This document shows positions 37,647 through 51,038 of a stretch of 64,000 bases of DNA, piece by piece. Numbering within the stretch: position 1 is the stretch's first letter; each line of letters begins with the position of its first letter. A program made the translations under genes and the position numbers. This DNA comes from Octopus sinensis. Lineage: Eukaryota. The stretch is from the NCBI RefSeq assembly GCF_006345805.1, contig NC_043007.1, forward strand, positions 59,148,001 to 59,212,000, given 5' to 3'. The notes under the pieces were generated by a model. It ran no database searches. It was given only the letters and a program-made list of their open reading frames with translations, and had not been told where the DNA came from.

Positions 37647-40600
37647 TGTTACTGCTACGCAGAGGAGAACGCGGCTAGGAACGGTACAGTGTGGTTCTCG
37701 AAAAGTGAGCTGTGTAACTTGAAGTTACGAGCAACATTTGTCCTATAAGAATGAAATACAACATAAACTCTAACTTTAATGTCAACAAGAATAACCCCAG
37801 TAGCAGTCGTGATGTTGTAGTGAAATGCCGAAATTGTAGGCGTATACACAAAGCTCGTGCATGTGGGAAAAATTGTAATAAATGTGTCAAATTAGAGCAT
37901 TTTGCAAGATTTTGCTGATCTAGAAACGATTGCCGTGAGAACAACATAAATGTATCTCCGAGCGATACATTTTGTTGCTAAACGTGAACAACAGTGAGAA
38001 TGCAGATAACACGGGGTTTTGCGAGTGCTTCATAAATAACAGAAGCATGGATATGAAAGTGGGTACTGGGGCAACTTGTTCGATAGTCCCGTTATTATTT
38101 GCTTCACAGTTAGGTATCCCAATCGAATCATGCCACAATAGATTAACCACTTTTGATGCTTCAAAAACTAAAGGTTGTTGGAGTGATATTTAATCTCAAC
38201 AACACCGACGAGTCACGAAAATTCATAATGGTAGACAGTCCATGCTCTTTTGGGCTGATTGGAAAAAATATCATTAAAGACAGTTCATTTTGTTTTAATT
38301 TGAACTTGGATGTGTTCCCAGAAGTTAAAGGTTTTGTGGCCCGAGTTAACTGGTCTGATGCGAGGTATAACGTGATGAGTTCAACGAGACGCGTTCCGAT
38401 ACATTTGGAAAAAGAAGTTAACGATGAATTGAAGAGGTTGGAAATGATGGGTATCATCACACCGTCGGATTATTCTGGTGTCAGATGTGCCTCACCTGTG
38501 GTATGGCTGAGGAAAAAAGACGGATCTCTTATGTGTGTCGATTACAAGGCTCATTTAAATTGACACTTATTTTTCTATACCATCAATCGACACTATTTTA
38601 TCCAGTATGCCACGTGCGGAATTTTTCTCCACTCTCGATTTAAAGCATACGTATTTACAAATAATTCTAGCGGAGGAAGCAAGGTGTATTTGCGCTATTA
38701 ATACAACCAAGGGTTTCTACCTGGTTAACAGACTTCAAGAATTTCAGAACTGCATGGAAACTCTACTAAAAGGGATCGAAGGAATCGGGGTATACCAAGA
38801 TGATATCCTTATCTATGCTGACGAGCAGAGAAAATGCGGTAGTTGCAAGGCTAACCAAGGTGCAGTTCTCTATTAACAAAGAAAAGTCATTCTCCAGAAA
38901 AAATTTGACTTTCTGGGAATGAACATATCTGAAGAGTGTATTTCTCCATCTCAAGAATTGGTAGCAAAACTAAAGGACATACAAGTACCAAAACCGAAGG
39001 AAGATATTGACAAAATATTGGGTCTGATGAATTACTCCAGAAGATTTGTCCCGGCCTATGCTGAAAAAGTAGAACCATTCTCATCAGCTAGATATAAAGA
39101 ATTTACATGGGGTAAAGAGCAAGGTAAGGCCTTCCGTGTGCTCATCACTCATCTTTCGGAGATTCCAGTTTTGCAACCGTACTCAATGGAGAAGATGATC
39201 ACTCTCACTGTAGATGCATCCTTCATTGTAGTAGCTGGGGTGTTATCCCAGGAAGGACTCCCAGTAACATTCATAAGTCACACCTTTAGTCAAGCACAAC
39301 GAAATTGGTCGAGCCTAGAGAGAGAAGCTTGTGCAGTGGTATGGTGCGTGGACAGACTGCGGCATTTCCTTCTAGGAAAGCAGTTTTATCTGGAAACAGA
39401 TCACCAGCCTTTAAAAGCCCTATCCGCGAAGGATTTAGATGTATCTCGACGTACCTCACAAAAAATAGCAACGTGGAGTTTGATCCTATCACATACGATT
39501 TCGTTGTTAAGCATATTCCGGGTAAAAGTATTCCGCACATCGATGCCTTCTCTCGATTAGGGTATAATGAGAATAACGATGGTGATATAATGTTCTTTGC
39601 TTCGCATTTAGACAAATGCGACAGTACGTAGCAGGACATCGATCCCGTAATGACGGAAGAAATCCGAAAACAACTAAATGCAAACGCATTATATAACAAA
39701 ATAGAAGAAAGAATTTTACAGCAAAATTGGAGATTGGTCTCGAACCTAGAATGGGCATTTGTTTAAAGAGAAGGATTTTCTAAAATGCGAAAATGGTTCA
39801 ATATATCGTGAAAATCATCCGTTTATTCCAGCACCTTAAAGAGCCGCAGTATTAGCTAAAATACACAACACACACATGGGCATTCAACAAACAATTAAAA
39901 AGACACGACTCTGTTTGATGGCCTAGGTTGGCTTACTCGGTGGAGAAGTTTGTCGAATCTTGCGATAGTTGCCAGAGAGTTAGGCCAAATTTAGTACAGG
40001 CAAATGATTCATGGCCTATTTCTAGGCCCTGGAAACGTGTACATATGGACTGGGCATATGTTCCCAACATCGGTAACATACTCGTAATTGTAGATGCCTA
40101 TTCAACATGGATCGGGGCATTCTTGTGTCCTAATCATTCGACTGAGGCGGTAAAACCAAGCAGCTGGAGATCTTTGCTCGTTTTGGAGTTCCTACAGCTT
40201 TAGTATCGAACAACGGGCCTGAATTTGTTGCGTTAAAGAAAATGTTGTCATTAATGGGTTGCAGAAAGATCGAGACACTTGCTTAGTCCGGCATCTAACG
40301 GCGCTGCTAAAAGGGCCATACAAACTATGAATGCTGCACCGAAGCATTTTGATCTGAAGACAGGGAATTTCAGCAACTACTTGATCAAAATTCTGTTCAA
40401 CCATCGGAGTGCCTTGGGTGATTGTAAATTATCACCGGCCGAAAAGTTGAGCAACTGGCCCCGCTGAACACATGGGAACCAGAACCAGAACCAGAATTGA
40501 GGGCAACACCTGGCACAATGGTTCACGCTGAGTCTGCAAGGATGTCTAACAGTGACTGTACGACCATATCAAGTCCCCGGGCTTGGCATGACACCAATGC

Positions 40601-40730
40601 GTTCCTGCTACGCACAGGAGAACGGTCCTAGGAACGGTACAGCGTGGTTCTCGAAAAGTGAGCTGTGTAACTTGCAGTTACAAACATTCGACATTTGTCC
40701 TGTAAAAGTGAAACAATATAAACTCTACGA
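37647..40730 (+). mobile_element. Decayed Ty3/Gypsy LTR retrotransposon with two LTR remnants
   Basis: Direct repeats at 37652-37772 and 40605-40729. Domain order is gag knuckle CNKCVKLEHFARFC, protease KVGTGATCS, RT SPVV..KKDG / YQDDILI, RNase H DAS..ETDHQPL, then integrase RVHMDWA..SNGAA. Confidence 0.92.
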
Positions 40731-40907
40731 ATTCTGTTGAGTGTTATGTATGTATGTATGTATGTATATTTGTGTATGTGTGTGTGAAGTGCGTACTTTT
40801 AGCCAGGACCTTTTCATAGGATAACATGACTTCACGGACCTTTAAAAATTCGTGTTATTCCATATTGTGGTTCTTTATTACGAAATAGACAGGGTTATGG
40901 CCTAAAC

Positions 40908-41207
40908 CAGTACTTCTTAAACTATCTGATGTGGCGTATCGGCAGTTTTTTTTCCAATGTGCTAGGTACCGTTAATATTTCTTATTAATATTAATTTATA
41001 CCAGAAACAATATATAAATGAATATAATAAAATTTGACAATTTTTTTAAATCTTATATTTATTTTGTAAATAAATAATACAATATTACATAAGCATTTTA
41101 TAAGGATTTTATAATGCTTCTCTCTTTTCTGGAAACTCACCGCGTACCAGCAGCTGATGGCTCGCGGACCGGCCCCGGTCCGCGGACCACCACTTTGAGT
41201 AGCACTG
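40908..41207. mobile_element. hAT (Charlie-like) MITE with 8-bp TSD
   Basis: Ends cagtacttcttaaact / ctttgagtagcactg. Flanks are gcctaaac (40900-40907) and gcctaagc (41208-41215). Confidence 0.8.
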
Positions 41208-41899
41208 GCCTAAGCCAACTTTCATCCGAAACAGGTGTCAAGGTAAAACTGTTGTGTCATTCTTTCAGTTTATTTGTACTCTACTTAAATACTTTCATCA
41301 AGCCTACTTGTGTTTATCTTTTTTTTTTTCTAGTTGTGTGTGTGTATGTATGTGTTTTCTTTAATTCGTGCCCGAGCTTTAAAATATTCAGTCAAAAGAA
41401 TGTAGCCATCCAACTCTTTCTTGTTTCTTCTCTAAAGAAGGGCGCAATACGAAACCTCTGACTTAACCATATCTTTTTTTCTTTATTTTAGCAATTACTC
41501 TTACTGTCTTCCTTCTTTTCTTTTTTTTTATTGCAGATTATTTTCAATTTCTAAGTAATATTTTCTTCTCTTTCTTTCTTTAATGTCTATAGCAAATCTT
41601 TCGTTTTTAGCTGTGTGTATTTGTTTATTTGAAACACAAGAATACTTATTAAAATATTTTTAAACATTCTGTAATACAAAATAAAATGCCATACACTGCC
41701 CTGTTCGTTGAGTTATGAATGTTGTATAATGACAAAAATAGGTCGTCTGGTGAAGGTGGATGGTGAACTTCTAGTAAGTTTGTGATAGTTCCTCATACTC
41801 CAAATATTTTTCTTTCCTAAACAAAAGCTAGCATGGAATGTATTTGAGTAAACTAAGAGGGTTCAGCAAAAGGATGAAATTTAGAGGAGCTTACACATA

Positions 41900-41928
41900 T
41901 GGAGAGAGAGAGAGGAGAGAGAGAGAGG

Positions 41929-41968
<40 letters not shown>

Positions 41969-42635
41969 CAAAAACAGAGAAAAGGCGAATAGAAGAGTGT
42001 ATGAGAGAAGGAGGAGAAAGAAAGTAGGAAATAGGGAGAATGGGTGAATAGATATAGAGGAGTGGGAGAAATGAAGAGAGATCCTTGAGAGAGTGAGAAA
42101 AGGGAACGAAAATGATAATTAAATAGATGGAAGGCCGTAGAAGATTGAGCTTAAGAAAATGGTGAAAATGGATATGATGAGAAGAGATGGAAAGAATGAA
42201 TAGAAGAGTGAGTGAGAGATAAACAACTGAGAAGGTGCTACATGAGAAAGAAAGTATGGAAGAGAGTAATACAATAAAAAAAGTAAGAAAAAAATGATCT
42301 TAAGAGAGAATAATGATATATAACGTAATAGCGAGACAATAAAGACTTAGAGGGAAAGAGAAAGGAAGAGCTTAATAAAGAGGGGAGAATGTTGAAGAAT
42401 ACAAGAAAGAAAAGTATGAGGGAGAGAGGGAGAGAGAGAGAGGCGGAAGGAAAGGAAGAAAGGTAGGACTGAGTAATGAGGGAAAAGGAAAGAGAGGCGA
42501 TAGGAAAGGGAAAGCAAATCAATGGACGGGGTGGGGGTGACAAAATAATGAAATAGGAAACGAGAAGGAAAAATAAAGAGCAAAAGAAATGAGAAGGGAA
42601 GGTGAAAGAGCAAGAATGAGAGAGAAAATGAGATG
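41900..42635. repeat. Purine-rich (GA) low-complexity tract
   Basis: About 700 bp consisting almost entirely of A/G on the + strand. Confidence 0.85.
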
Positions 42636-43149
42636 GTAGTGGTGGCGGCGATCACTTTGAATTGTTTGCTTTATGTAAGAGAATGTATTTTAAGAATGCA
42701 CATTTTGCTCTAACATGTTGCTTGTTGTTCCAGTTTTTCCTTTGTTTCATTTACTTTTGTTTAGAAGCAAGGACAACGTCCATAATCTTTTTGTATCCCT
42801 CTCTTAATGAGGAAACAAATAATTGAGTGAGGTTAATATAATAAACAGAATTTCAATGGAAAATGTGGATGAACATTGATATAACTCTAAAGAAAATGTT
42901 TGTATATATATATATCTAAAGCTAATCCATAAAGTTTGTGTTAGTTTTTTCTTTAGTTTTAATAGTGCATTTTGGATGAGAGATAAATATTCCTCTGAGT
43001 GCAATGACGTTCAATTGCAGGGAACTATTCCTCCTTTTATATTGCAGATTATGGAGACCCTTGTTAATGCCATAAATTATATTTGTTCCTCTTTTAGGCT
43101 CAAAGCCAATAGCTTTGAGGAAAGGAGGATATTCGATTAAAATAAAGTA

Positions 43150-43295
43150 GCTGTCAACCTCAGTACTTGACTGATATTTTACTTTATTGACCCTGAAAGG
43201 ATGGACTACAACGCTGATCTTCGCATGATTAGAACTTAGAACCGTAACTAAATTGTTCAAGATATGCTTTAACCATTCGACCAATCCACCGCTAT
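43150..43295 (-). mobile_element. SINE family B, diverged
   Basis: cagtacttgactgatattttactttattgaccctgaaaggatg...gaacttagaac. Confidence 0.65.
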
Positions 43296-43639
43296 CCTGC
43301 CATAAGGTATATACGATACTAACTCTAGGTGGGTTCAGCTGTTGGGTGTTGCCTTCGTCGCAGATGTGACGCATGGTTAATGTTGGGATATGAACGCCAA
43401 TCCTTTTGGTCGATTGATTGGTTGCTGATAAGTTATCGACTCAACCGACAACAGCAACAACAACAATGCCAATATTGGTACACCACAAGAGGTAGCTAAA
43501 ATTTTTAAAGATATAATTTAATGGCTTATAAACTCCATGCTGTAATAATTGAGTGTCCTGGACAAGCATGTTAGTCATAATGTTGTTATACACAAGTATG
43601 ATAAATGAAACAACGTAAGCAGTAGTTTGAAATCTTTTA

Positions 43640-45330
43640 AAAGACTTCCGTGGAAAATGCTGGCTAGTGACAGCTGTCCTCTTAGACATAGAGGGCACTG
43701 TCGCAATACTAGAAGTCCATAAATTGCACCACCAAAACTGGTCGGGTATGGGCATGCAGCTACTCGTTCAAATTGAACAAGAGAGCATAAATGTCATACC
43801 CGACTCTATAAATTTACCAGATGGCACAAGACTCCAAGTCACTGTGGAAGGAAGACGACCAAAGTGCTATCTCCGTGGGAGCGATAAGCACTTGAAGGTC
43901 GATTGCTCCAAATACAAGGAGCGAGAGGAGGCAGTACAAAGAACACCAGTGTCAGTGGTATCTCCAGTGCAGCAGCAGCAACAACAACAACAGCAGGAGA
44001 TGCAGCGGAGGTAGGAAGCAAAACCCTCCGCACCATTACTGCGGAAGCTGGAGGTGACGAACAGGGTGGCCAATCTCATCCAGAAATGGGCCGAGAGGAA
44101 GCTGTCTCTGAAAGGTCGAGCCGAGGTGGCGAATGCGTACATCGCATCCGTCATCTATTACCGCTTGGTCGTCGTCCCTTGTCCCGACTGCTGGTTGACC
44201 AAGCTGGTGCGCTTACTCTTTCACTTTCTGTGGAGGGGCAGGTACTACTGGTTAGGCGCTCTATCTGCTGTCAACAGTCACTGAACGGAGGCCTTCGCAT
44301 GCCGCGGACGCCGTTTGTCAAATTCGCCTTTCCACAACTCGTCTCTTTGACTGAGCTGCAATACTTGATCAAGCGTAGATCGAGAAAGGGCGTTTGGCAC
44401 CTCGAGTGCCGTCAAGTACTAACCGCCCTCGGCCAGGCGGGCAATGTGATCGGTAGTAGTCTAGCGTTCTATAGAGGGTTAGTGAAGGAAAAGTGCGACG
44501 ACGTTCTCGAGGAAACTCTTGGCGTCGACGATGATCAACTAAACAGTCTGTTTGAGAGAACTTTCGGGCCGGGGCCCATGGATAACTTCCAGAAGTCCCT
44601 CGCCTGGCAGTGCTACCTAGGGACGCTGCCCATTCGGGAAAAACTTTAGAGGCACGGAAGTGCCATCAGCCGAACCTGCCCGAGGTGCGCTCAGAGCGAC
44701 GAAACCATTCTGCACGCACTCGTCCAGTGCCCGAGTATTGCTGACCTGTGGGTTTATGTCGAACAGCTGCTGTCGAGTGTAGGACGGATGCGGCTATCAG
44801 CTGAATCCATAGTGAAGATTACCCCGCCGGCTTCCTTTAACCGAGAGGGGAAGGCAATTTTCATTTGTCTGGTGATTATAGCGAAAGAAGTGGACCCGTT
44901 TGAAAGGTGCTAAAGTCAGACACTTTCCTCTTTGGCCAAGGCCTCATCAACTTTTCAAGTTGCACTTGAAAAGAAAGGTGAGGGTAGAGAGGGAAGTGTT
45001 TTCTTCTAGCAAATTTGTTGAAAGGTGGGTAAATGTCTGAAAAATTGCCAATTTAGATGAACCAATTTCGAGATTACACGTGTAAAAATGAAGTACAAAA
45101 GGAGAAAGGGCTATTGCCCTGTTGACCAGTCACGTGTGGCTTTTATGGGTTTTTTCCACGAGTAACCGTCAAAGCACCTCCCTCTATTGGGAGTTTTTAC
45201 TTGTTATATTGTTATTTTCGTTATCAAATGTTCACACGACTGGTTTTTTTGCAAAACCCTTTGTATATCGTCTTTTGTTGTTCTTTAATGTTTTTTTTTA
45301 TTTATATTAGTCTTTGTGACTAATAAAAAG
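43640..45330 (+). mobile_element. Tx1/L1-type LINE with ORF1 joined to the ORF2 C-terminus (EN and RT deleted)
   Basis: ORF1 ..VTVEGRRPKCYLRGSDKHLKVDC (knuckle), then WAERKLSLKGRAEVAN..FLW, GGLRMP, and zf-RVT-like LPIREKL*RHG..TCPRC...ETILHALVQC. Confidence 0.85.
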
Positions 45331-45345
45331 AATTTATTATTATTA

Positions 45346-45383
<38 letters not shown>

Positions 45384-45917
45384 GCCATACTGTACAGTCA
45401 TAGAAATTCGAAGCTCCGTAAGTTGAAATAATGTTTGTAATCTTTTCGGCCTTCTAAGGCCCCATGTTTTCATTTTATTGTTACCATTGCATTTCTGTGG
45501 TTGTCTGGACTACACCGATTGTATTTTTGTTTTAAAACACCCCTGTTTTGCAGGGGATGCACATCAATATTAATTTTATTTTAATAACTTTCGGAAAAAG
45601 CTTATATTTTGCTATTTTCGTTCTCTATTTGAAAATGGCCGATTAAAATGCCATTATAATGTTTGACAGAGGTACACGTTCCTTGTCGAAGAATGAGAAC
45701 AAAGATGTAGCATGGTCTAAACTTAATACTGTTTCGTCTCTAAGCAACGTCTAAACTTTCGGTGATGACAACGACAATAACACAGCAACAGCAGCTGCAG
45801 TGACAACAACAACAACAACTATACTAAAGACGTAAAGCGTAAAACACGAATATCATCACTGCCACCGCCACCAAAACCGTCTCCTCTGCAATTTCTTTTG
45901 CGATTGCTGCGATAAAT

Positions 45918-46887
45918 TTGGAAGATTTCCACGTAGATGAAGATTTTAAAATGGCAAGGAAAATTATTAAAAGTAATGGAAGAAGGGTAGCCCTAAACCC
46001 TCCATCCGACGTGATATGGAGTATTTTGAGATGCACGGTCACATACCGCTGCAGCAGAGTTGAATCCCGCCAGGTGGAAAATGCTCCTGAGAGCCAAATA
46101 CAAAAATGGCTTGGGCGCCTGTGGGAAGAGAAGACCCACATCACACGAGGAAAGAAGTCTGGGACTACTGAGATGAAATTTGGGAGGGAAGAAGAAGGTA
46201 TGTGTTATTGAAGAATGAAAACTTCTTAATCCCCAGCTATCGCGACCAATGCCTTAGTGCAACAGTGCAACAATGAATTGATGGATTTTGTAAGTCAAGA
46301 CAAAAACAATATAGAAATATAGGGAAAATGAGTTGAGGATTTCATCCTCAAAGCCCCGAAGGACATACTTAATTAAAACGTCGTCAGACGTTTATAAAAC
46401 TATAAGACAAAAATTCCCATGCACTGTAGGTTTTTATTTCTTTTAATCAGTTGATAACAGGCTGTTGGAAGGGCCTTTTAAAAACTTTTCGACAGTAGAG
46501 AGGTCCGGAACTTCCGGGCTTCTCGAAAATCAAGGTGAGAAACCTATTTTTCTTTCTGACTGTGCTGAGAATGGGGTGTGTAAATGTACGTGGCCTGTGA
46601 TCAGCTTGGAAGCGAGGTCACTTGCTGAATGATCTCAGGTCGCTTGACTTAGATGTGGTTGCCATTAGTGAAACAAGGATCTCCGGAAAACACGGCCTAG
46701 TATCTCTTTTCGTGAACTACAGGGTATTCTCATTTTGTGGTCTATCGGGAGCGGGTGGCGGTGTAGCAGTGCTACTCTAAAAATCCTTAGATCTCCAAGT
46801 ACGGATATCTTCCTGGACCTGGATGGTAGGGTGATGGTTCTGGGCGTGAATGGCAGCGAAGGTGGCGCCTTTAGACTGGTAGTGATA
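45918..46887 (+). mobile_element. Tx1/L1-type LINE fragment: ORF1 N-terminus and APE endonuclease
   Basis: TRGKKSGTTEMKFGREE is homologous to TRGRKYGTVKYGFRSED in the 48838 ORF. From ~46565 the sequence reads GCVNVRGL...DVVAISETR...GGGVAVLL...GRVMVL (APE motifs). Confidence 0.8.
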
Positions 46888-48820
46888 CACATAGAGGATT
46901 GTACAGATATACCCGGTTACCTTTTGGATTAACGGTTGCACCGGCAATATATCAGCAAATCATGGACACTATGTTATTTGATTTTGAATTTGCAATCCCT
47001 TATTTGGACGATATATTGATTAAGAGTAATTCGCCGAACAACGTGTGGAGCATATAAAAGCTGTGTTCAAGAAAATTAAAGAGTACGGATTCACTTTGAG
47101 TGAAGAAAAATGCAAATTCATTTTGTTTCAAATTAAATACTTAGGGCAAATAATTGATAAAAATGGTAGACGGCCTGACCCGTCGAGGGTAGACGCAATA
47201 AAGAATATGCCTGCTCCGACAAATATACCAACATTACAAGCGTTTCTTGGGCTGGCAAACTACTATGCAAACTACATTCCTAACATGCACAAATTAAGAG
47301 CTCCATTGAATGAACTATTAAAAAAAAGAAGTAAAGTGGAATTGATAAGTTAAATGCCAAAACGCATTTGAAGAAATAAAAAAAATTCTAATCGCAAATC
47401 TGTCTCTAGCGCATTTCGATCCTGAAATAGACGTTGTTGTAGCATCTGATGCTTCAGAGAACAGAATAGGAGCAGTTTTGTTACACAAGTATAAAAATGG
47501 AAGTACGAAACCAATAATTCATGTTTCACGCTCGCTGATAGCGGCAGAGAAAAAATACAGTCAAATAGACGTTGCGGTGAAAACATTTCACAGGTTCCTA
47601 CATAGTAGAAGTTTTCTATTATAAACATATCATCGACCATTGCTATCAATTGATGAGTCAAAGAAAGAGTTGCCTATCCATACAGCGAACCGACTGCAAC
47701 TAAATTACTAAATTACAATTTCAAAATGCAGTATGCAGTATATTCCATCGAAAAAAATTGGTCATGCAGACTGACTATTGAGACTAATTTCCAAAAATAC
47801 GGAACCACTAGAAGATACCGTGGTAGCCGTACTGCAGGCAGGAAATGAAATAAAAAGTATTATGACCAATGTTATCCAAGAACTGTCACTGACTGCACGG
47901 GATATAAGAATGAAATGTGTAGGCGATAAGTATATTACAGAAATGAAAGAAGCTTTAAAAAAATAAGCAGAATAAAAATACAAATTCGAGTAGTTTCTCA
48001 GTATGCGATGATAATCCGATGTATGTGCAAAGAGTTGTATCAGCTACATTACAAAAATGTGTATTGCAGCAACTCCACAGCGGTCACTTGGGAATGTTGA
48101 GGATGACAGCTCTGATGAGGAACTACGTCTATTAGCCGACTATGGACTGGGATATCGAAAATTTGGTGAGAACTTGTCGAGATGACGCGCTCGTAAGATA
48201 TCAGTCGTGGCCAGAGACTGAGAACCCATGGTTTAGGTTACATATCGACTATGCCGGACCAGTGAACGGCGCTTACTATCTAATCGTGGTAGACAGCTGC
48301 ACAAAGTGGCCAGAAGTATGCAGGTGCAATAAACCAACCAACTATAAAGTTCCTATATAAATTGTTTGCGCGATACGGTGCTCCAGACACATTAGTGTCT
48401 GATAATGGAACGCAATTCTCGGAGTATGAATTCAAAAACTTCTGTAAAAAGCATGCGATAAAGCATATTTTCACTCCACCCTACAACCCGAGATCAAATG
48501 GCCAGGTAGAAAAATTCGTGGACACGTTCAAAAGAGCGTTAAGAAAAGCTAGGAACGAATTAAGTAACGACGAAGCACTAACAAAATTCTTAAGGGTATA
48601 TGGAGTAACCCCCAATCCAAGTACAAATTCAGAAAAGTCACCCGCAGAGTTGATGTTCGCGAAAAGAATAAAATCGATTTTTGATAAGTTTCTGCCAGAG
48701 AAAAAAAGCTGTATAGGAAATACGAAAGATGCAACGAAATATTTCAAAGTAGGAGATAAAGTGCATTTTAAAACCTACAAAAATGGTAAAGAAAGCTAGG
48801 AGGATGGCCTTCTAACCAAA
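46888..48820 (+). mobile_element. Ty3/Gypsy pol fragment (RT-RNase H-integrase), no LTRs seen
   Basis: GLYRYTRLPFGLTVAPAIYQQIMD..YLDDILI; LQAFLGLANYY; VASDAS; RLHIDYAGP; VSDNGTQF; NPRSNGQVEKFVDTFK; SPAELMF. Confidence 0.93.
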
Positions 48821-48824
48821 AAAA

Positions 48825-49661
48825 ATATACAGAGAATGTGCTAACAAAGAAGATGGAAATAGCAGTAGAAGATGAAGTAGAGGAGTGCCTTCAAGAGATA
48901 AGAAACAACATAACGTTTTATACGAGAGGCAGAAAGTACGGCACAGTGAAGTACGGCTTCAGAAGTGAAGACGGAGCGAGGAAACACTCCACTGTGCCTT
49001 TGAGATCAGACAAGTGGGTACTTCTACCTTCTTACTGCAGCAAACGTGCGGCCAAAGTAAGGATAGGTAGAGTGCCCCCAGAAGTCGACGAGGAATGACT
49101 GGTAGCAGCCATCCTCTATAATTCAGAAGAGGATGCGCAGATATTAAAAATATTACGAACGATGGAGGTAAATTGTTGGGGATATGGACTGGGAGTTCTG
49201 GTCCATATTAGCCGACCTGACCTCCATAAAATTGCAGAGGACCTGGTGCTTGCAGACGACACGAGGCTGCGAATTCTTGTGGAGGGGAGACCTCCAGTGT
49301 GCTACGCTTGTGGAACAAGGGGACACATGAAAGCAAAGTGTCCCCAGAAAAGTGAACAGGAGGAGGCGGAGAAGGTCAGTCGGGAAGAAGAGTTTGCAAC
49401 AGCAGAGAAGGAAATGATGGAATATACAGTCGTAAAAATAATGAAAAGTAACGTAAAATCGCCATCTAAAAAGAAAAGGAAGGCAGAAGAGAAAAGAAAA
49501 AATGAAGAAAAAACAAAAGATGAGGAGCCGACTGAAGAACGAATCCAGAGACCAGTGCCTTCTACTAGTAAGGAAGGACTGGAGAAGAGACAGGAAAGTG
49601 AGAAGGAAGGAGTAGCAGAGAAGAGAATGCAAATAACAGAGGTAGAGAGCGGTGGGGTACA

Positions 49662-49696
<35 letters not shown>

Positions 49697-50190
49697 TGAG
49701 TTACCGAAGGAAGAACTAACGAAGGGTAAGCACGAAAGAATGTTTGTTACAAAAAAATAAAAGCGTAGAAATAGAAAAATAATTTCTAAAATAAAAAAAT
49801 ATAATAAGAGTAAAACTGGCGGACATGGAGGAAAATCGAGAAGTGAAAGCGGTGTTGTTGGAGGACGAGAAAGCGGCAAGGTTAAAAGAGATATTTGGCG
49901 ACAGAGTCGAAACGACAGGATTACGAGTTCAATACAATGAATTACCATCAGTAATAACATATGACGAGATACTGCTTGGTATAAAATTGGACTGATAAGT
50001 AATTTTTTATTTAAAAGGAAAAAAACCCAGTAAAATGGGCTGCCTACTATGGTGGGTAGGAAAGCCATTTCATCCTCATTATTTTCATATTCATATTCAT
50101 TCGCTATATGTTTTATGTACCCCAATGTATTGTCTTGTCTGTCCTTGTGGTGTTCCCTCTTTATAAAGGCTATGTGCCTGAATAAAAGAA
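48825..50190 (+). mobile_element. Tx1/L1-type LINE ORF1 (with internal stop) and probable 3' end
   Basis: ORFs 48838-49098 and 49162-49719 are in one frame, KVRIGRVPPEV..VEGRPPVCYACGTRGHMKAKC (CCHC), homologous to the 43667 ORF. AATAAA at ~50181. Confidence 0.8.
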
Positions 50191-50429
50191 ATCAGTTCGT
50201 AGTTTGGTCTTCGAAGTCTGGGTACAGTTTACAGATTGAATTAGTGTGTTGGAAATACTGATTGTTGGTTCGTTAAGTGTTTGCTGCTGCCACTGTTTCT
50301 ATTTTGTATTGTTATAACACTGTTACAGTGTATTCTTTATCAGTCGTCGACAATATCAACGGTCCTACGATACTGGAGACTTAAGTATACAACAAGTTAC
50401 CATTCTCTAATCATTGTAGCACAATAAAT

Positions 50430-51038
50430 GGATCTTTTCCTTTTGAACGGCAGACAATTTCTAGTTAAACACTTTAAAACTTCGTATACTGGTAGAATGT
50501 GCCAAAATAAAAACATTTTTTTCTCTTGGCTTTTTTGAGAAAATTGTAATTTGTTTGTTTAACGTAGTTTAATTTTTCAAATTTTAACCAATCCTATGCT
50601 CTCTTTTGAGCTAAAATCATTTGCTGCGTCTAAAACTGAGACAACATCCTGTAACTAACCCTAATTTTTTTTCTTAATTGTTAAATTAATTTAATTGTTA
50701 CGCGTGTAAAAAAACTAAAGCAATGGAATTAAATTAATTTAACAATTAAGAAAAAAAAAATTAGGGTTAGGATTGGGGGGAGGTTTAGGGTTAGTTACAG
50801 GATGTTGTCTCAGTTTCAGACGCAGCAAATGATTTTAGTTGAATGGAGGTAATCGATTGGTTAAAATTACCGAAATGCTCGGATTTTCAGACAAAATATC
50901 TTACAAACTATAGAATTTTCTCAATAAAACCAAGAGAAAATGATGTTTTATAAACACATTCTACCAGTATACGAAGTTTAAAAGTGTTTAGTTAACTAGA
51001 AATTGTGTTGACATCTGCCATTCAAAAGGAAAAGATCC
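50430..51038. mobile_element. Complete fold-back MITE with GG-terminal TIRs and 8-bp TSD (Merlin/MULE-like)
   Basis: Ends ggatcttttccttttgaacggcaga / tctgccattcaaaaggaaaagatcc. Flanks are caataaat and caataaac. The arms are complementary almost to the centre, which contains ctaaccct/agggttag. Confidence 0.88.

Noticed and set aside
43903-44649. Longest ORF (248 aa) as a host gene
   Set aside because: It is a frameshift mosaic of LINE sequence; only its C-terminal part is in the ORF2 frame.
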